A DNA stretch of 64,000 nt from an uncultured cyanobacterium. GTDB taxonomy: Bacteria; Cyanobacteriota; Cyanobacteriia; CAKZMO01. Shown in pieces: positions 37,984 to 48,244 of this stretch. A program made the translations under genes and the position numbers. The notes below the pieces were generated by a model that ran no database searches, was not told where the DNA came from, and saw only the letters and a program-made list of their open reading frames with translations. Location: the NCBI GenBank assembly GCA_963719515.1, contig CAVRCJ010000010.1:768001-832000 (forward strand), written 5' to 3'. Numbering within the stretch: the stretch's first letter is position 1; every line of letters begins with the position of its first letter.

Positions 37984-38240
37984 GCATTTCGCGCGCCCAA
38001 AGCATCCTCCATCACCGCCGGCAGCATAAACTCGGTTGTCAGATCACTAGAGACCCGAGGCGTGCAGACGCCGTTGATGCAAACAAACTCGCTGAGTGCG
38101 GCGACTTGAGACGGCAGCTCTCTCACCTTGAAGATATACTCGCCGTAGTCCGCCATGTCGTCCAGGCCCATCGACGTCAGGGTGACTTCAAAGAAGAGCC
38201 ATATTGCTGTTTTTAAGAATACAGATGGCATAGCTAACAT
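37980..38240 (-). CDS. Small hypothetical protein
   Basis: 86 aa with a hydrophobic N-terminus and W...E..L...GLDD.ADY.EY pattern; AT-rich upstream region. Confidence 0.55.
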   Translation of the reverse strand: MLAMPSVFLKTAIWLFFEVTLTSMGLDDMADYGEYIFKVRELPSQVAALSEFVCINGVCTPRVSSDLTTEFMLPAVMEDALGARNA

Positions 38241-38554
38241 AGGAGAAACACCCTCGGCACCTCTGTATCTACATCAGCAGCGCGAGAATTTGATGCCCGG
38301 TGCCCGTAGATCAAAGAAATCTAAACAATACTTAATATATATAACTATACAACATAGCCACCATAACGTGTATTTATATGAACCTACCTCGGGTGGCAAT
38401 AACCGCCCTTACCGCCCCTCGTAGGCTTAGCGGCGATGGCGGCTCCTCCCGCTAAGCGCCGCAGGTCTCGCAGCCTGGCGTAGCCCTCCCTTTGACAACA
38501 AGCTTTTTTAGGCCGTTGAGCCTACAGTTAGTAGTTAGTCCACAAAAGCCGCCG

Positions 38555-38986
38555 ATGAATGAATCCGCATCCTCTGCCGCCAGTCCCCAAGACGCCAAAG
38601 CCCCCGCCTGGAACGGGCGATCGCTAGCAGAATGGGTGACCCTGAGCGTAGCGACCCTAGTGCTGTTCGGCCTCATCGGCCTTGTGCTCTACGACTGGCA
38701 GGTGAACCAAAAGCGCCCCCCGGCCTTTCGCGTTGAAGTGACCGAATCGGCCCGCGTCACTGACGGCCACTACTACGTGCCGTTTTCAATTGTCAATACG
38801 GGGGGACGCATTGCCCGCACGGTGCAGGTGACGGCAGAGCTGCAGCTTGACGAGGCCACGGAGACGGGTGAGCAGCAAATTGACTTCTTATCGGGCAGCG
38901 AGCGCAAGCGCGGTAGCTTTGTCTTCAACCACAACCCCCAAGACGGGGCGCTCATGATTCGGGTTGCGAGCTACCGACTGCCGTGA
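38555..38986 (+). CDS. TIGR02588-like membrane-anchored protein
   Basis: RSLAEWVT, one TM helix, YYVPF...NTGG..A, and EQQIDFL...GSFVF..NP. Confidence 0.75.
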   Translation: MNESASSAASPQDAKAPAWNGRSLAEWVTLSVATLVLFGLIGLVLYDWQVNQKRPPAFRVEVTESARVTDGHYYVPFSIVNTGGRIARTVQVTAELQLDEATETGEQQIDFLSGSERKRGSFVFNHNPQDGALMIRVASYRLP

Positions 38987-39963
38987 CCCTCAAAGTCATC
39001 CTCGACACTGACCCCGGCGGCGACGACAGCGTAGCGATTCTGTGGCTTCAAAGCCTGGCGCAGCAGGGGCTGCTGGAGCTGGTGGCGGTGACTGCCGCCG
39101 ACGGTAATGTGGCGGCCAAACAGACCTTTGCCAATGCCTGCAGGCTGCTGCATCTGGTGGGAGCAGTGGTGCCGGTGGGAATGGGCGTTGCCGTGGCGAG
39201 CGCCCAGGATGCCTCCCACATCCACGGCTCTGACGGCATGGGCAACCTCTCTACCACCCTCCCGCCACCGAACCCTCCCGTAGACCCAGCGATCGCCCCC
39301 ACCTCCGGCGATTTGCTTATCGAGCTGCTGACCGCGCAGCCTCACGAGCTTTCTATCGTGGCCATCGGCCCCTTGACTAACCTGGCCGCTGCTGAGGAAA
39401 AGCGTCCCGGCGTTCTGTCGCTGGCCAAAGAAGTCGTCATCATGGGCGGCGCGATCGCCTACCCCGGCAACGCGACGCCCCACGCTGAATTCAATATCTG
39501 GTTTAACCCCACGGCGGCGGCGACGGTGCTGGCCAGCCGCGCTGACCTGGTGCTCATCCCTCTAGGGGTCACCAGTCAGCTGCAGTTCACGCAAGCCATG
39601 GCCCAAGAAGTCTATCAGAGCAGTCTTCCTACCCAAGGCAAACCGCTGGCGATCGCTCAGTTTCTCCTGGCCCTATGCGAGTTTATGGCCACCACCGCCC
39701 GAGGCTACCGCGAGACTGACGGCAGCGCGTTTTTGGTCCATGACGCGGCCACGCTGGCCTATTTGGTCTACCCGCAGCTGTTGACGTTTCGGCGGGCTCA
39801 CGTCACCGTTGAGACCCAGGGCAGGCTTACCCAAGGGCAGACCCTACTAGACGCCCGGCCCGGCCCCAAGCGGCCCGCCAATGCCTGGGTGGCAACCGAA
39901 GTGCAGGTTTCAGAGTTCTTCGCCTGCTTGCTCCACGATCTTAAGTCTCTGGTGCAGGCCTAA
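38983..39963 (+). CDS. Inosine/uridine-preferring nucleoside hydrolase
   Basis: DTDPGGDD, HG.DG, GPLTNLA, AEFNI and HD. Confidence 0.93.
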   Translation: MTLKVILDTDPGGDDSVAILWLQSLAQQGLLELVAVTAADGNVAAKQTFANACRLLHLVGAVVPVGMGVAVASAQDASHIHGSDGMGNLSTTLPPPNPPVDPAIAPTSGDLLIELLTAQPHELSIVAIGPLTNLAAAEEKRPGVLSLAKEVVIMGGAIAYPGNATPHAEFNIWFNPTAAATVLASRADLVLIPLGVTSQLQFTQAMAQEVYQSSLPTQGKPLAIAQFLLALCEFMATTARGYRETDGSAFLVHDAATLAYLVYPQLLTFRRAHVTVETQGRLTQGQTLLDARPGPKRPANAWVATEVQVSEFFACLLHDLKSLVQA

Positions 39964-39972
39964 CTCTGGGCG

Positions 39973-41292
39973 CTATAGAACCAGCTGATCGACATACTCG
40001 TCGCGGCGAGCCTCTAGGTCAACCGCCAGACAGTACGTTCCGTCTTCCTGCTTAATCAAAACGCCAATGTCAACATATCGGCTCAGCGCCTGCTTCAGCT
40101 GAGCATTGGTGAGGTCGAGCCGTCCGTCTTTTTTGGCCTGCCGCACGTAGCTAAAAATCGTGAGAAATCGACCGTAGTTTCGCCCCGGCTCAACCTCCTG
40201 AAAAGACTTGTAGACCTGCTCTAGAACGATAAGCCACTTGTCGCGGTCAAACTCTCCGGGGCTATCGCCGCTAAATTCCGACTCTACCTCCGGATCCTCG
40301 TCGGGTAAAAACAGCTCCTTAAATTCCCGTAGAGTTTGTACGGTCACCTGGCCATCGGCTTCAGCCTTGGCGATAAAGGCGCTGAAATTGTCGAAGCTCA
40401 TGCTCTCGTGGCGAATAGACTGAAACCCACTGTAGGCGAACTCAGGATTTGCCCGCATGAGTAGGTCAATGGAGCCAAAACGAGTGCTTTTTCCTTGACT
40501 GCGGGCCTCGTCTATGGACTGAGTTAAGCAGGCGATCGCATTTGGGTAGCTGATGTCTTGGCCGACGCTCGCGCTCAGCTTATCTTTAGCCGCGACGTAA
40601 CGACTGTCCGCCGACAGATTCTCTAAATCGATAAACTCATCGGCGCTCAAGAGCAGCTGTTCGCTGGCGGTTTCGGTACGGCCAATTAGGGTAACGCGCT
40701 TGCGCAGCGTCCTTAGGGCGTTGACCAACGGCACAAAGTCGCGGTCGGCGGTGACGATAATAAATTGCTCAATGTTGGGGTAGTGATGGGCCGTGTTGAG
40801 GCAGTCTACCGTCAGCTTAATGTCGACGCTGTTTTCCTTACCCGTCGAGACATGGATGGGCTCAAATCCAAGACTGTACAGGGCCTGTACCAAGGGCTCT
40901 CGCTCCCGTCGCCAGTTAGCGTACACCATCTTAAAGCGGGTATGCCCTTTGTTTTCTGAGTAGTTCACCAGCGACTCGGCCAGGGGTGCTTTCACCCCGC
41001 GAGCCGCCACCTTGACGTTTTCGTAATCCCAAAACACGGCAATTTCGTCAGAGGCTTCGGGCGCAGGGAGAGCCGTTGGGATGGGGAGAGCCGTTGGGGG
41101 GAGGCTGGCCGACTCGGCTTGACTCTGGGTCTGAGCGACCAGTCCGCCGGCGTAGGCTGCAGACATGGCCACCGTTCCAGTGAACAGCGATCGCCTTACA
41201 TCCCGCTCGGCGAGCCAGCTAATTCCTGCTACTAGCCCAAACGCGATCGCTCCAAAACCAACCAAAACTCCAGCTTTTGTCATGCCAAACAC
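39973..41292 (-). CDS. NYN (LabA/DUF88, PIN-like) domain protein with N-terminal membrane segments
   Basis: FWDYEN, GKENSVDI and TADRDF; two hydrophobic N-terminal stretches. Confidence 0.85.
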   Translation of the reverse strand: MFGMTKAGVLVGFGAIAFGLVAGISWLAERDVRRSLFTGTVAMSAAYAGGLVAQTQSQAESASLPPTALPIPTALPAPEASDEIAVFWDYENVKVAARGVKAPLAESLVNYSENKGHTRFKMVYANWRREREPLVQALYSLGFEPIHVSTGKENSVDIKLTVDCLNTAHHYPNIEQFIIVTADRDFVPLVNALRTLRKRVTLIGRTETASEQLLLSADEFIDLENLSADSRYVAAKDKLSASVGQDISYPNAIACLTQSIDEARSQGKSTRFGSIDLLMRANPEFAYSGFQSIRHESMSFDNFSAFIAKAEADGQVTVQTLREFKELFLPDEDPEVESEFSGDSPGEFDRDKWLIVLEQVYKSFQEVEPGRNYGRFLTIFSYVRQAKKDGRLDLTNAQLKQALSRYVDIGVLIKQEDGTYCLAVDLEARRDEYVDQLVL

Positions 41293-41542
41293 CAGCCGTA
41301 AGGATGTCTTGTGTCCAGTCTACGCTCGCGCTCATCGGTTCTCCACTTTTTTATTCTTTAATCAGCCAATCGTCCGTCTGTTGAGATAACCCCGGTCAGA
41401 GGCGCTGCTGGAGAAACGATATCAACACAGCCCCTACGTCATATGGCGCTTGCGAAATAACAGAGACTTCGATACAAGTAGAAGCAGCGTCATAATATGT
41501 AAACTTTTATAACGTAGCGATCGTTACAGCAAAGGAGAAGCG

Positions 41543-43021
41543 ATGTACATCATTCAGATTGCCTCTGAATGCGCCCCTGTGATTAAGGCAGGCGGCCTTG
41601 GCGATGTGGTTTACGGGCTGAGCCGCGAATTGACGACGCGGGGACATTCCGTCGAGCTAATTTTGCCCAAGTATGACTGCATGCGCTACGACCATCTGTG
41701 GGGCATGCACGAGGCCTACGAAGGGTTAGAAGTACCCTGGTACGACAGCACGATTCCCTGCACGGTTTACTGCGGCTGGGTGCATGGGCGGCAGTGCTTC
41801 TTCATTGAGCCTCATTCAAGCGATCGCTTCTTTGACCGGGGCTGCTACTACGGCTGCGACGACGACCCCATGCGCTTTGCCTTCTTCAGTAAAGCGGCGC
41901 TGCAGTTTATGCAGCAGAGCAACAAAAAACCCGACGTTATTCACTGCCACGACTGGCAGACGGGCCTGCTGCCTGTGATGCTGTTCGAGATGTATCAGTA
42001 TCACGGCATGGCCTACCAGCGAGTCTGCTACACCATCCACAACTTCAAGCATCAGGGCATTGCGGGCGATGAAGTGCTCTGGGCTACCGGGCTCAACCGA
42101 CCCGACTACTACTTTAATCAAGACCGCCTGCAGGATCACTCAAACCCCTTCGCCATTAACTGTATGAAGGGGGGGATTGTCTATTCCAACGCCGTCACCA
42201 CCGTCTCCCCACAGCACGGCTGGGAAGCCCGCCACACCGACATCGGTTCTGGTCTAGGCCATACCCTATATCTTCATCAAGACAAGTTTCAGGGCGTGCT
42301 CAATGGCGTCGACTACAATATCTGGAACCCAGAAGTCGACGCCTACATCCCCCAGCATTACAGCGCTGAGACGTTTGAGCTGAAGCAGGTCAACAAGAAG
42401 GCGCTACAAAAACGGCTGCTGCTCCAAGAAGCGGATAAGCCTTTGGTGGCCTTCATCGGTCGTCTAGACCAGCAAAAGGGGGTCCATCTGGTTCACCATG
42501 CGATGTACTACGCTCTCGGGCAAGGCGCGCAGTTTGTGCTGCTGGGATCGGCGACAGGCGCTGAGATCAACGACAAGTTCCAGCACGAGAAGGCGTTCCT
42601 CAACGACAACCCGGATGCACACCTAGAGCTAGCCTTCGATGAGGAGCTCTCCCACCTTATCTACGCCGGAGCGGACCTGATGGTGGTGCCCAGCAACTTT
42701 GAACCCTGCGGCCTTACCCAGCTGATCAGCCTCAAATACGGCACGGTGCCGGTGGTTCGCGCTGTGGGCGGTCTAGTGGATACGGTGTTTGACTACGACT
42801 ACAACGACGGGGTACCCCCTGAGAAGCGCAACGGCTTTGTGTTCCACCAGCAGGACAACTACGCCCTGGAGTCGGCGTTAGATCGGGCGCTACAGCTGGG
42901 GTACAACAACCCTGATAAGTTTCGGGATTTAGCGGTGCAGGGGATGGACTACGACTTTTCGTGGAATCTGCCGGGCGGAGAGTACGAGAAGATTTACGAG
43001 AAGATTCGCCAACCCTGGTAG
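41543..43021 (+). CDS. glgA: Glycogen synthase
   Basis: KAGGLGDV, IHCHDWQ, YTIHN, GRLDQQKG and EPCGLTQL. Confidence 0.97.
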   Translation: MYIIQIASECAPVIKAGGLGDVVYGLSRELTTRGHSVELILPKYDCMRYDHLWGMHEAYEGLEVPWYDSTIPCTVYCGWVHGRQCFFIEPHSSDRFFDRGCYYGCDDDPMRFAFFSKAALQFMQQSNKKPDVIHCHDWQTGLLPVMLFEMYQYHGMAYQRVCYTIHNFKHQGIAGDEVLWATGLNRPDYYFNQDRLQDHSNPFAINCMKGGIVYSNAVTTVSPQHGWEARHTDIGSGLGHTLYLHQDKFQGVLNGVDYNIWNPEVDAYIPQHYSAETFELKQVNKKALQKRLLLQEADKPLVAFIGRLDQQKGVHLVHHAMYYALGQGAQFVLLGSATGAEINDKFQHEKAFLNDNPDAHLELAFDEELSHLIYAGADLMVVPSNFEPCGLTQLISLKYGTVPVVRAVGGLVDTVFDYDYNDGVPPEKRNGFVFHQQDNYALESALDRALQLGYNNPDKFRDLAVQGMDYDFSWNLPGGEYEKIYEKIRQPW

Positions 43022-43100
43022 GCGAACGTTGTCCAGTAGCCCGCAGGTCGCCTGCGAGCAATGCTGAAGCACCGCCGACAAAAATAATAGTCTCATCCAC

Positions 43101-45158
43101 TTAAAATGATGAAAGAGGAATGATTGCCGTCTCACTCATCTCACTTGCCCCTAAAGAAGGCGATCGCTCCAGCAGCCTATTGTGCCTCACTCCCAGCTGC
43201 GCCACCGGAATCGTAATCACTATCCGCGTCCCGCGCCCCGGCTCCGAAAAGCACTCAATTACGCCACCGTGGCGCTTAACAATAATTTCCTGACTAATAG
43301 ATAGCCCCAGCCCCACCCCCCGGCCAGCAGGCTTAGTGGTAAAGAATGGGTCAAACAGTCGCTGGCGCACCTGCGGCTCAATGCCAGGGCCGCTATCAGT
43401 CACCGTCACAGCGACCCGTTCCCCACGCTGTTCAGTAGTGACAATAATTACGCTGGGGGAGACTTTCACCGTTCGGCTTTGCTCATTCAGCGCATCTAAA
43501 GCGTTGGCCACGATATTGATAAATACCTGATTGAGCAGCCTAGGGTAGCATTCCACCAGCGGTAGATGTCCGTATCGCTTCACAACTTGGACCGTCTCCC
43601 CCGACTGCAGCCACAGGCGATGCTGCAGCATCAGCAGCGTACTGTCCAGGCAGTCGTGGATGTCGACGTGCTTGAGATCGGCCTCGTCTAGACGGGAAAA
43701 CTTTTGCAGCGATCGCATGATGTGGTGGATACGTTCCGCCCCAGTTTGAATCGACTGCAGCACCTTGGGCAAATCGCTTTCCAAAAAGTTTAGCTCAGCG
43801 GCGTTGAGAGCCTCTTGCAGCTCAGAGCTGGGAGAAGGGACTTCAGCTTGATAGGCCCACAGCAAATCAAACAGCGTCTGCGTGTAGTCCTTGACGTAGC
43901 TAATGTTGCCGTAGATAAAGCCAACAGGGTTGTTAATTTCGTGGGCCACCCCCGCCACCAGCTGCCCCAGACTGGACATCGTTTCAGACTGCACCAGCTT
44001 CATCTGTGCCCGGTTCAGCGCCTCAATCGTATCCGTCAACTCCTGGGTTCGTTGGGAGACCCGGCGCTCTAGGCCGTCGCGGGACTCTGTGAGCTGATCG
44101 GTGTATTGATTGACCCAGGCCACAAGCTGTTCTACAGACCGAGCCAAGGATCCCACCTCGTCTTCGCCATAGAGAGGACTGCTGTAGTAGTGACCTGAGC
44201 CAAAGCCGTTGGCGTCAAAGCTGCCCGAGCGAAAATCTCCAGATTCGACAATTCCTTTGGTCGCTTGGGTAAGGTGCTCAATGGGTTGAGCAATATTGCG
44301 GCTGATGCGATGGATCAACCCGGCAGCCACCAAGGCAGAGAGCAGCATGCTGCCCAAAATAATCGCCAGCTGCAGCCGTTGAGCGGCTACCAGATCGGCC
44401 TGGGCGAGCTTCTTTTCCTCTCCGGCTGCATCTAGCAAAAGCTTTGAGCGTTCTGACAGCCGCTCGAACTCGATGAGTATTTGCCGGGCTTCGCCGCTGG
44501 TCATTGCGGTCAGCAATCCCTGGCGAGCTTCGAAAGGGGTCTGCTCCCCCAAGCGCATCCGGTATATTTCATCCCAGGCGACCTGTACGGACTGAGCGTA
44601 GGCCCGAGTAACGGTGGTGTAGCTGTGCCCCAAACTAACGTAGTCTGTCCCGCTGCTGGGAGCGGCTGTCAACGGCTCAAACTGAGTTAGCTCATCGGCC
44701 AACGCCAAAACTCGCGCTACAGACGCCTCAAACCCAGATTCGTCCGTCGGCCAGCCCGCTTCGTCAAGGGACAATAGCAGCCGCTGGGGATGGGAGCGCA
44801 TGTCTAAAAGCTCTCGGTCAAGCTGGTAGAGCGTCGTCAGATGACGCTCGGCAAGCCCAAACTGACGACTCGCCGCCTGCCCTTGCCAATGGGCCACCCC
44901 CAAGCCTAAGCAGGTGCCCGAGATGGCTACCCCAAGGCTCAAGGCGTAGCCGTAGCTAATCTTCTTTGAAATCTTTAGGTTCCGGACCCGGTGGCGTAGC
45001 CACAGCCTGCTGCGCTGAAGGCTCTTGCACGGCACCGTGAACGCGCCGGACTTACTGTCCGATGTAAGTGCTTTTTTGAGCACTTTGAGCAGGGTGGCTT
45101 TGATCAACTGCTTGAGAGGCCTTAGCGTACTGGGAGAATCGTCATCCGCTACGAGCAC
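43101..45158 (-). CDS. Membrane sensor histidine kinase with a HAMP domain (start uncertain)
   Basis: Two TM segments, HAMP (PIEHL...DEVGSL), AHEINNP, QVFINIVANA, DPFFTTK and G.GLGL. Confidence 0.9.
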   Translation of the reverse strand: MLVADDDSPSTLRPLKQLIKATLLKVLKKALTSDSKSGAFTVPCKSLQRSRLWLRHRVRNLKISKKISYGYALSLGVAISGTCLGLGVAHWQGQAASRQFGLAERHLTTLYQLDRELLDMRSHPQRLLLSLDEAGWPTDESGFEASVARVLALADELTQFEPLTAAPSSGTDYVSLGHSYTTVTRAYAQSVQVAWDEIYRMRLGEQTPFEARQGLLTAMTSGEARQILIEFERLSERSKLLLDAAGEEKKLAQADLVAAQRLQLAIILGSMLLSALVAAGLIHRISRNIAQPIEHLTQATKGIVESGDFRSGSFDANGFGSGHYYSSPLYGEDEVGSLARSVEQLVAWVNQYTDQLTESRDGLERRVSQRTQELTDTIEALNRAQMKLVQSETMSSLGQLVAGVAHEINNPVGFIYGNISYVKDYTQTLFDLLWAYQAEVPSPSSELQEALNAAELNFLESDLPKVLQSIQTGAERIHHIMRSLQKFSRLDEADLKHVDIHDCLDSTLLMLQHRLWLQSGETVQVVKRYGHLPLVECYPRLLNQVFINIVANALDALNEQSRTVKVSPSVIIVTTEQRGERVAVTVTDSGPGIEPQVRQRLFDPFFTTKPAGRGVGLGLSISQEIIVKRHGGVIECFSEPGRGTRIVITIPVAQLGVRHNRLLERSPSLGASEMSETAIIPLSSF

Positions 45159-45507
45159 AAGACTAGGGCAAGCTTTCAGCGCCGGGCGCTAGGACAGCGT
45201 TGGCCAGGGCAAATTTGCCTTTTGTGAGCGTTTCACTTGTGAGCGTTTGGATAGAATGCTTCGATCTGGGCCAGACACACCCCTATTGATCGTTACTATA
45301 TCACTGAGTCCTCTGCTATCTAGCGGCGTATTGCGAGTCACTCCCGTTCAGGGCAGTTTGACCCGGTTTAAACCTGCCTCAGGATAACTTTTGCTGGAAT
45401 GAAAGACCCGAAACCCTATCACGGAGCTTAAACTTTTTAGGAGAATCTCAGCCCTCACTTATGTTGGAGAGGTATTACCGAGACAGCTCTCTATAGGCTT
45501 CTTCTCT

Positions 45508-47220
45508 ATGCACGCCATACTGCGCCAGATTCAAACTGCGTTAAGGCGACTGGCTCTCATTGGAGCGACGGCCACCGCCATTGGCGTGACGCTAGCCCCA
45601 ATCGCCGAGGCCGCCCGCGACATCCGCGTTCGCTACGGTCCCATTGAGCTCACGGTGACGATCGCCTCCATCGAGGCCTACATTGAAGACGGCACCGTCC
45701 GCCCCGACTTGGCAGCCTACATCAACCGCCTCACGCCGGAACAGCGTGCAAACGTCAAACAGCTGCTGCAGTCTGCAGTTGACACTGAACAGGTGGCGAT
45801 CGCCAACTTTTTGTATACCCGCCAGGGAGAAGCCGTCCTGAGGCGGGTCGGCGACGTAGTGCGGACCCAGTCCAATCCGGGGTTTTACGCCCTGCGGGCC
45901 GGCCTAATTTTGGCGGCAGGAGAGCCGGGGGGACTGACGCCCCTCGGCTTTTTGAAGCGGTTCCCCACCGACAGTTTGGTGGTCGACATAGAGCGGGGGC
46001 TAGCTGTATTTCGAGGGTTTCAGCAGCTAGTGGGGGCTACCGCAACTGCTGTAGAGCGGGTAGCGGTGCTGTCGGAGCGGGCGGCAGGCGGCAGTGCGGC
46101 GATCGCCAACCCCAACGAGCCCCGGCGGCGGGGAACCTTCGAATGGCAACAGAGCACTTTTGAGGTGTTCGCTCGGCAGCGGCAGCAGCAGCGGCGCTTT
46201 TTAGTCGACCTCTACCTCCCCAATCGCGCCAATGCTCCGGTGGTTGTCATCTCCCACGGCCTGGGCTCCAACCGCGACAGTTTCCGCTACTTAGCCGAGC
46301 ACTTGGCCTCTCGGGGCTACGCCGTTGCAGCCCCAGACCACCCCGGCAGCGATGCCAGCTACATCGAGGCTTTGCTGGAGGGAACCGCCAGCCAAGTCAC
46401 CGAACCCGAGGAGTTTGCCGATCGCCCGCTAGATGTCTCAGCGCTGCTCAATTCCTTGGAGCAACAGGTCGAGGCGGGCGACATTCCCCCCATTGCCCTC
46501 GACCAAGTGGGCATCGTCGGTCAGTCGTTCGGCGGCTACACGGCCTTGGCCCTAGCGGGAGCGACGATCAATTTCTCAGAACTTGAAACCGACTGCGGCG
46601 AGGACAGCGTCCGAGATACCCTCAACCTATCGCTGCTGCTGCAGTGCCGCGCCCTAGAGCTGCGAGACGACGAAGCTCAGATGGAGCGATCGCTGCGAGA
46701 CGACCGAGTGAAGGCCGCGATCGCCATCAACCCCATTGGCAGCAGCGTGTTTGGTCAGCGCGGCGTACAGGAAATCGATGTTCCCACCATGGTGGTGTCC
46801 GGCAGCAATGATTTTGTTGCCCCAACCTTATTTGAGCAGCTGATTCCCTTTACCTGGCTAGAGACCGAGAGCAAATACCTGGTGCTGCTAGAAAACGGAA
46901 CCCACTTTTCCGTGATTGGCGACAGCTCTGAGGGCACCGGCCTTATCGCCCTACCCGCTGAGATTCTTGGCCCTGAGCCCGCTGTAGCCCAGGACTACAC
47001 GAAAACCCTAAGCCTCGCTTTCTTTGAGGCCCACCTGCGCAACGAACCCGCCTATCTTCCCTATCTCTCCGCCGCCTATGCGGAAGAGTTGGGCCGCGCC
47101 CCTATCCCGCTGCGCCTGGTAAAATCTCTAGACGATGAGCAGATGGTCCAACTCGACGGCCCCGCTGACAGGGCGACAGCTGAGGCAGCGCCATTCCTAT
47201 CGGCATCACCCTCCCACTAG
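45508..47220 (+). CDS. DUF1400 plus alpha/beta hydrolase (paralog of 11231-13132)
   Basis: ISHGLG, HPGS, GQSFGG and GTHFS. Confidence 0.88.
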   Translation: MHAILRQIQTALRRLALIGATATAIGVTLAPIAEAARDIRVRYGPIELTVTIASIEAYIEDGTVRPDLAAYINRLTPEQRANVKQLLQSAVDTEQVAIANFLYTRQGEAVLRRVGDVVRTQSNPGFYALRAGLILAAGEPGGLTPLGFLKRFPTDSLVVDIERGLAVFRGFQQLVGATATAVERVAVLSERAAGGSAAIANPNEPRRRGTFEWQQSTFEVFARQRQQQRRFLVDLYLPNRANAPVVVISHGLGSNRDSFRYLAEHLASRGYAVAAPDHPGSDASYIEALLEGTASQVTEPEEFADRPLDVSALLNSLEQQVEAGDIPPIALDQVGIVGQSFGGYTALALAGATINFSELETDCGEDSVRDTLNLSLLLQCRALELRDDEAQMERSLRDDRVKAAIAINPIGSSVFGQRGVQEIDVPTMVVSGSNDFVAPTLFEQLIPFTWLETESKYLVLLENGTHFSVIGDSSEGTGLIALPAEILGPEPAVAQDYTKTLSLAFFEAHLRNEPAYLPYLSAAYAEELGRAPIPLRLVKSLDDEQMVQLDGPADRATAEAAPFLSASPSH

Positions 47221-47238
47221 CGATATACTGGCACCCCT

Positions 47239-48144
47239 TTGAACGGATTTCTCAACCTCAATAAACCAGCGGGCCTTACCTCCCACGACTGCGTTGCCCG
47301 CGTGCGGCGACGTTTGGGGCTAAAACGGGTGGGTCACGGCGGCACCCTTGATCCAGCGGCGACGGGGGTATTGCCCATCGCGGTAGGCCGGGCAACGCGG
47401 CTGCTGCAGTTTTTGCCTGAGGCCAAAGCCTACCGGGCTACGGTGCGCTTTGGGATGCGGACCGACACCGATGATTTAGAGGGGGAGGTGCTGATGGCGG
47501 TAGCGGCCCCCCAGCTGACCCTAGAGGCCGTCGCTGCCCATCTGGTCGCCTTCCAGGGCACCCTCCAGCAAATTCCCCCCAAGTACAGCGCCATCCAGGT
47601 CGGCGGTCAGCGACTGTATGATTTGGCGCGGGCGGGAAAGCCTGTGGAGGTGCCGGTGCGTACCGTAGAGGTATACAGCAGCAAAATTTTGGGCTGGACC
47701 CCCGGCGACTTTCCAGAGCTGGGGGTAGAGATCGCCTGCGGTAGCGGCACCTACATCCGGGCGATCGCGCGGGACTTAGGGGAAGTGCTGGGGGTGGGGG
47801 GCACCCTAGCGGCGCTGGAGCGCACCGAAAGCGGTGGATTCAGCATCGCCGACAGTATTACTCTAGAGGCGGTCACGCCTGACGCCCTAGTCTCTCCTGC
47901 GATCGCCCTAGCCCAGCTGCCTAAAGTTGAACTCGATCCCGCTCAGGCCACAGACTGGCTCCACGGGCGACCCGTCGTGATTCAAGGGCGGACTCAACCG
48001 GGCTATGCCCAGGTCAGCCTGGAAGGCCAGTTTCTGGGCGTCGCGCAGCTTAGCGCCCAAGAAGGCGGCTCAGGCGACGCAGGCGACGAGCGGCGGCTAC
48101 GGCCCAAGGTCGTCTGGCCCCTCGAGGCCACGAGTGAACAATGA
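47239..48144 (+). CDS. truB: tRNA pseudouridine(55) synthase
   Basis: KP.GLTSHD, GHGGTLDP.ATGVL, PPKYSA and CGSGTYIR. Confidence 0.97.
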   Translation: MNGFLNLNKPAGLTSHDCVARVRRRLGLKRVGHGGTLDPAATGVLPIAVGRATRLLQFLPEAKAYRATVRFGMRTDTDDLEGEVLMAVAAPQLTLEAVAAHLVAFQGTLQQIPPKYSAIQVGGQRLYDLARAGKPVEVPVRTVEVYSSKILGWTPGDFPELGVEIACGSGTYIRAIARDLGEVLGVGGTLAALERTESGGFSIADSITLEAVTPDALVSPAIALAQLPKVELDPAQATDWLHGRPVVIQGRTQPGYAQVSLEGQFLGVAQLSAQEGGSGDAGDERRLRPKVVWPLEATSEQ

Positions 48145-48244
48145 ATACACCTTGGGTCAACTTCGCAAAAGCTTTTGTAAAATAGGCGTCTAAGCCAACA
48201 GCACAAAGCTACCTGCCCTCTCACATAGACCTAATAAAGCGCAC

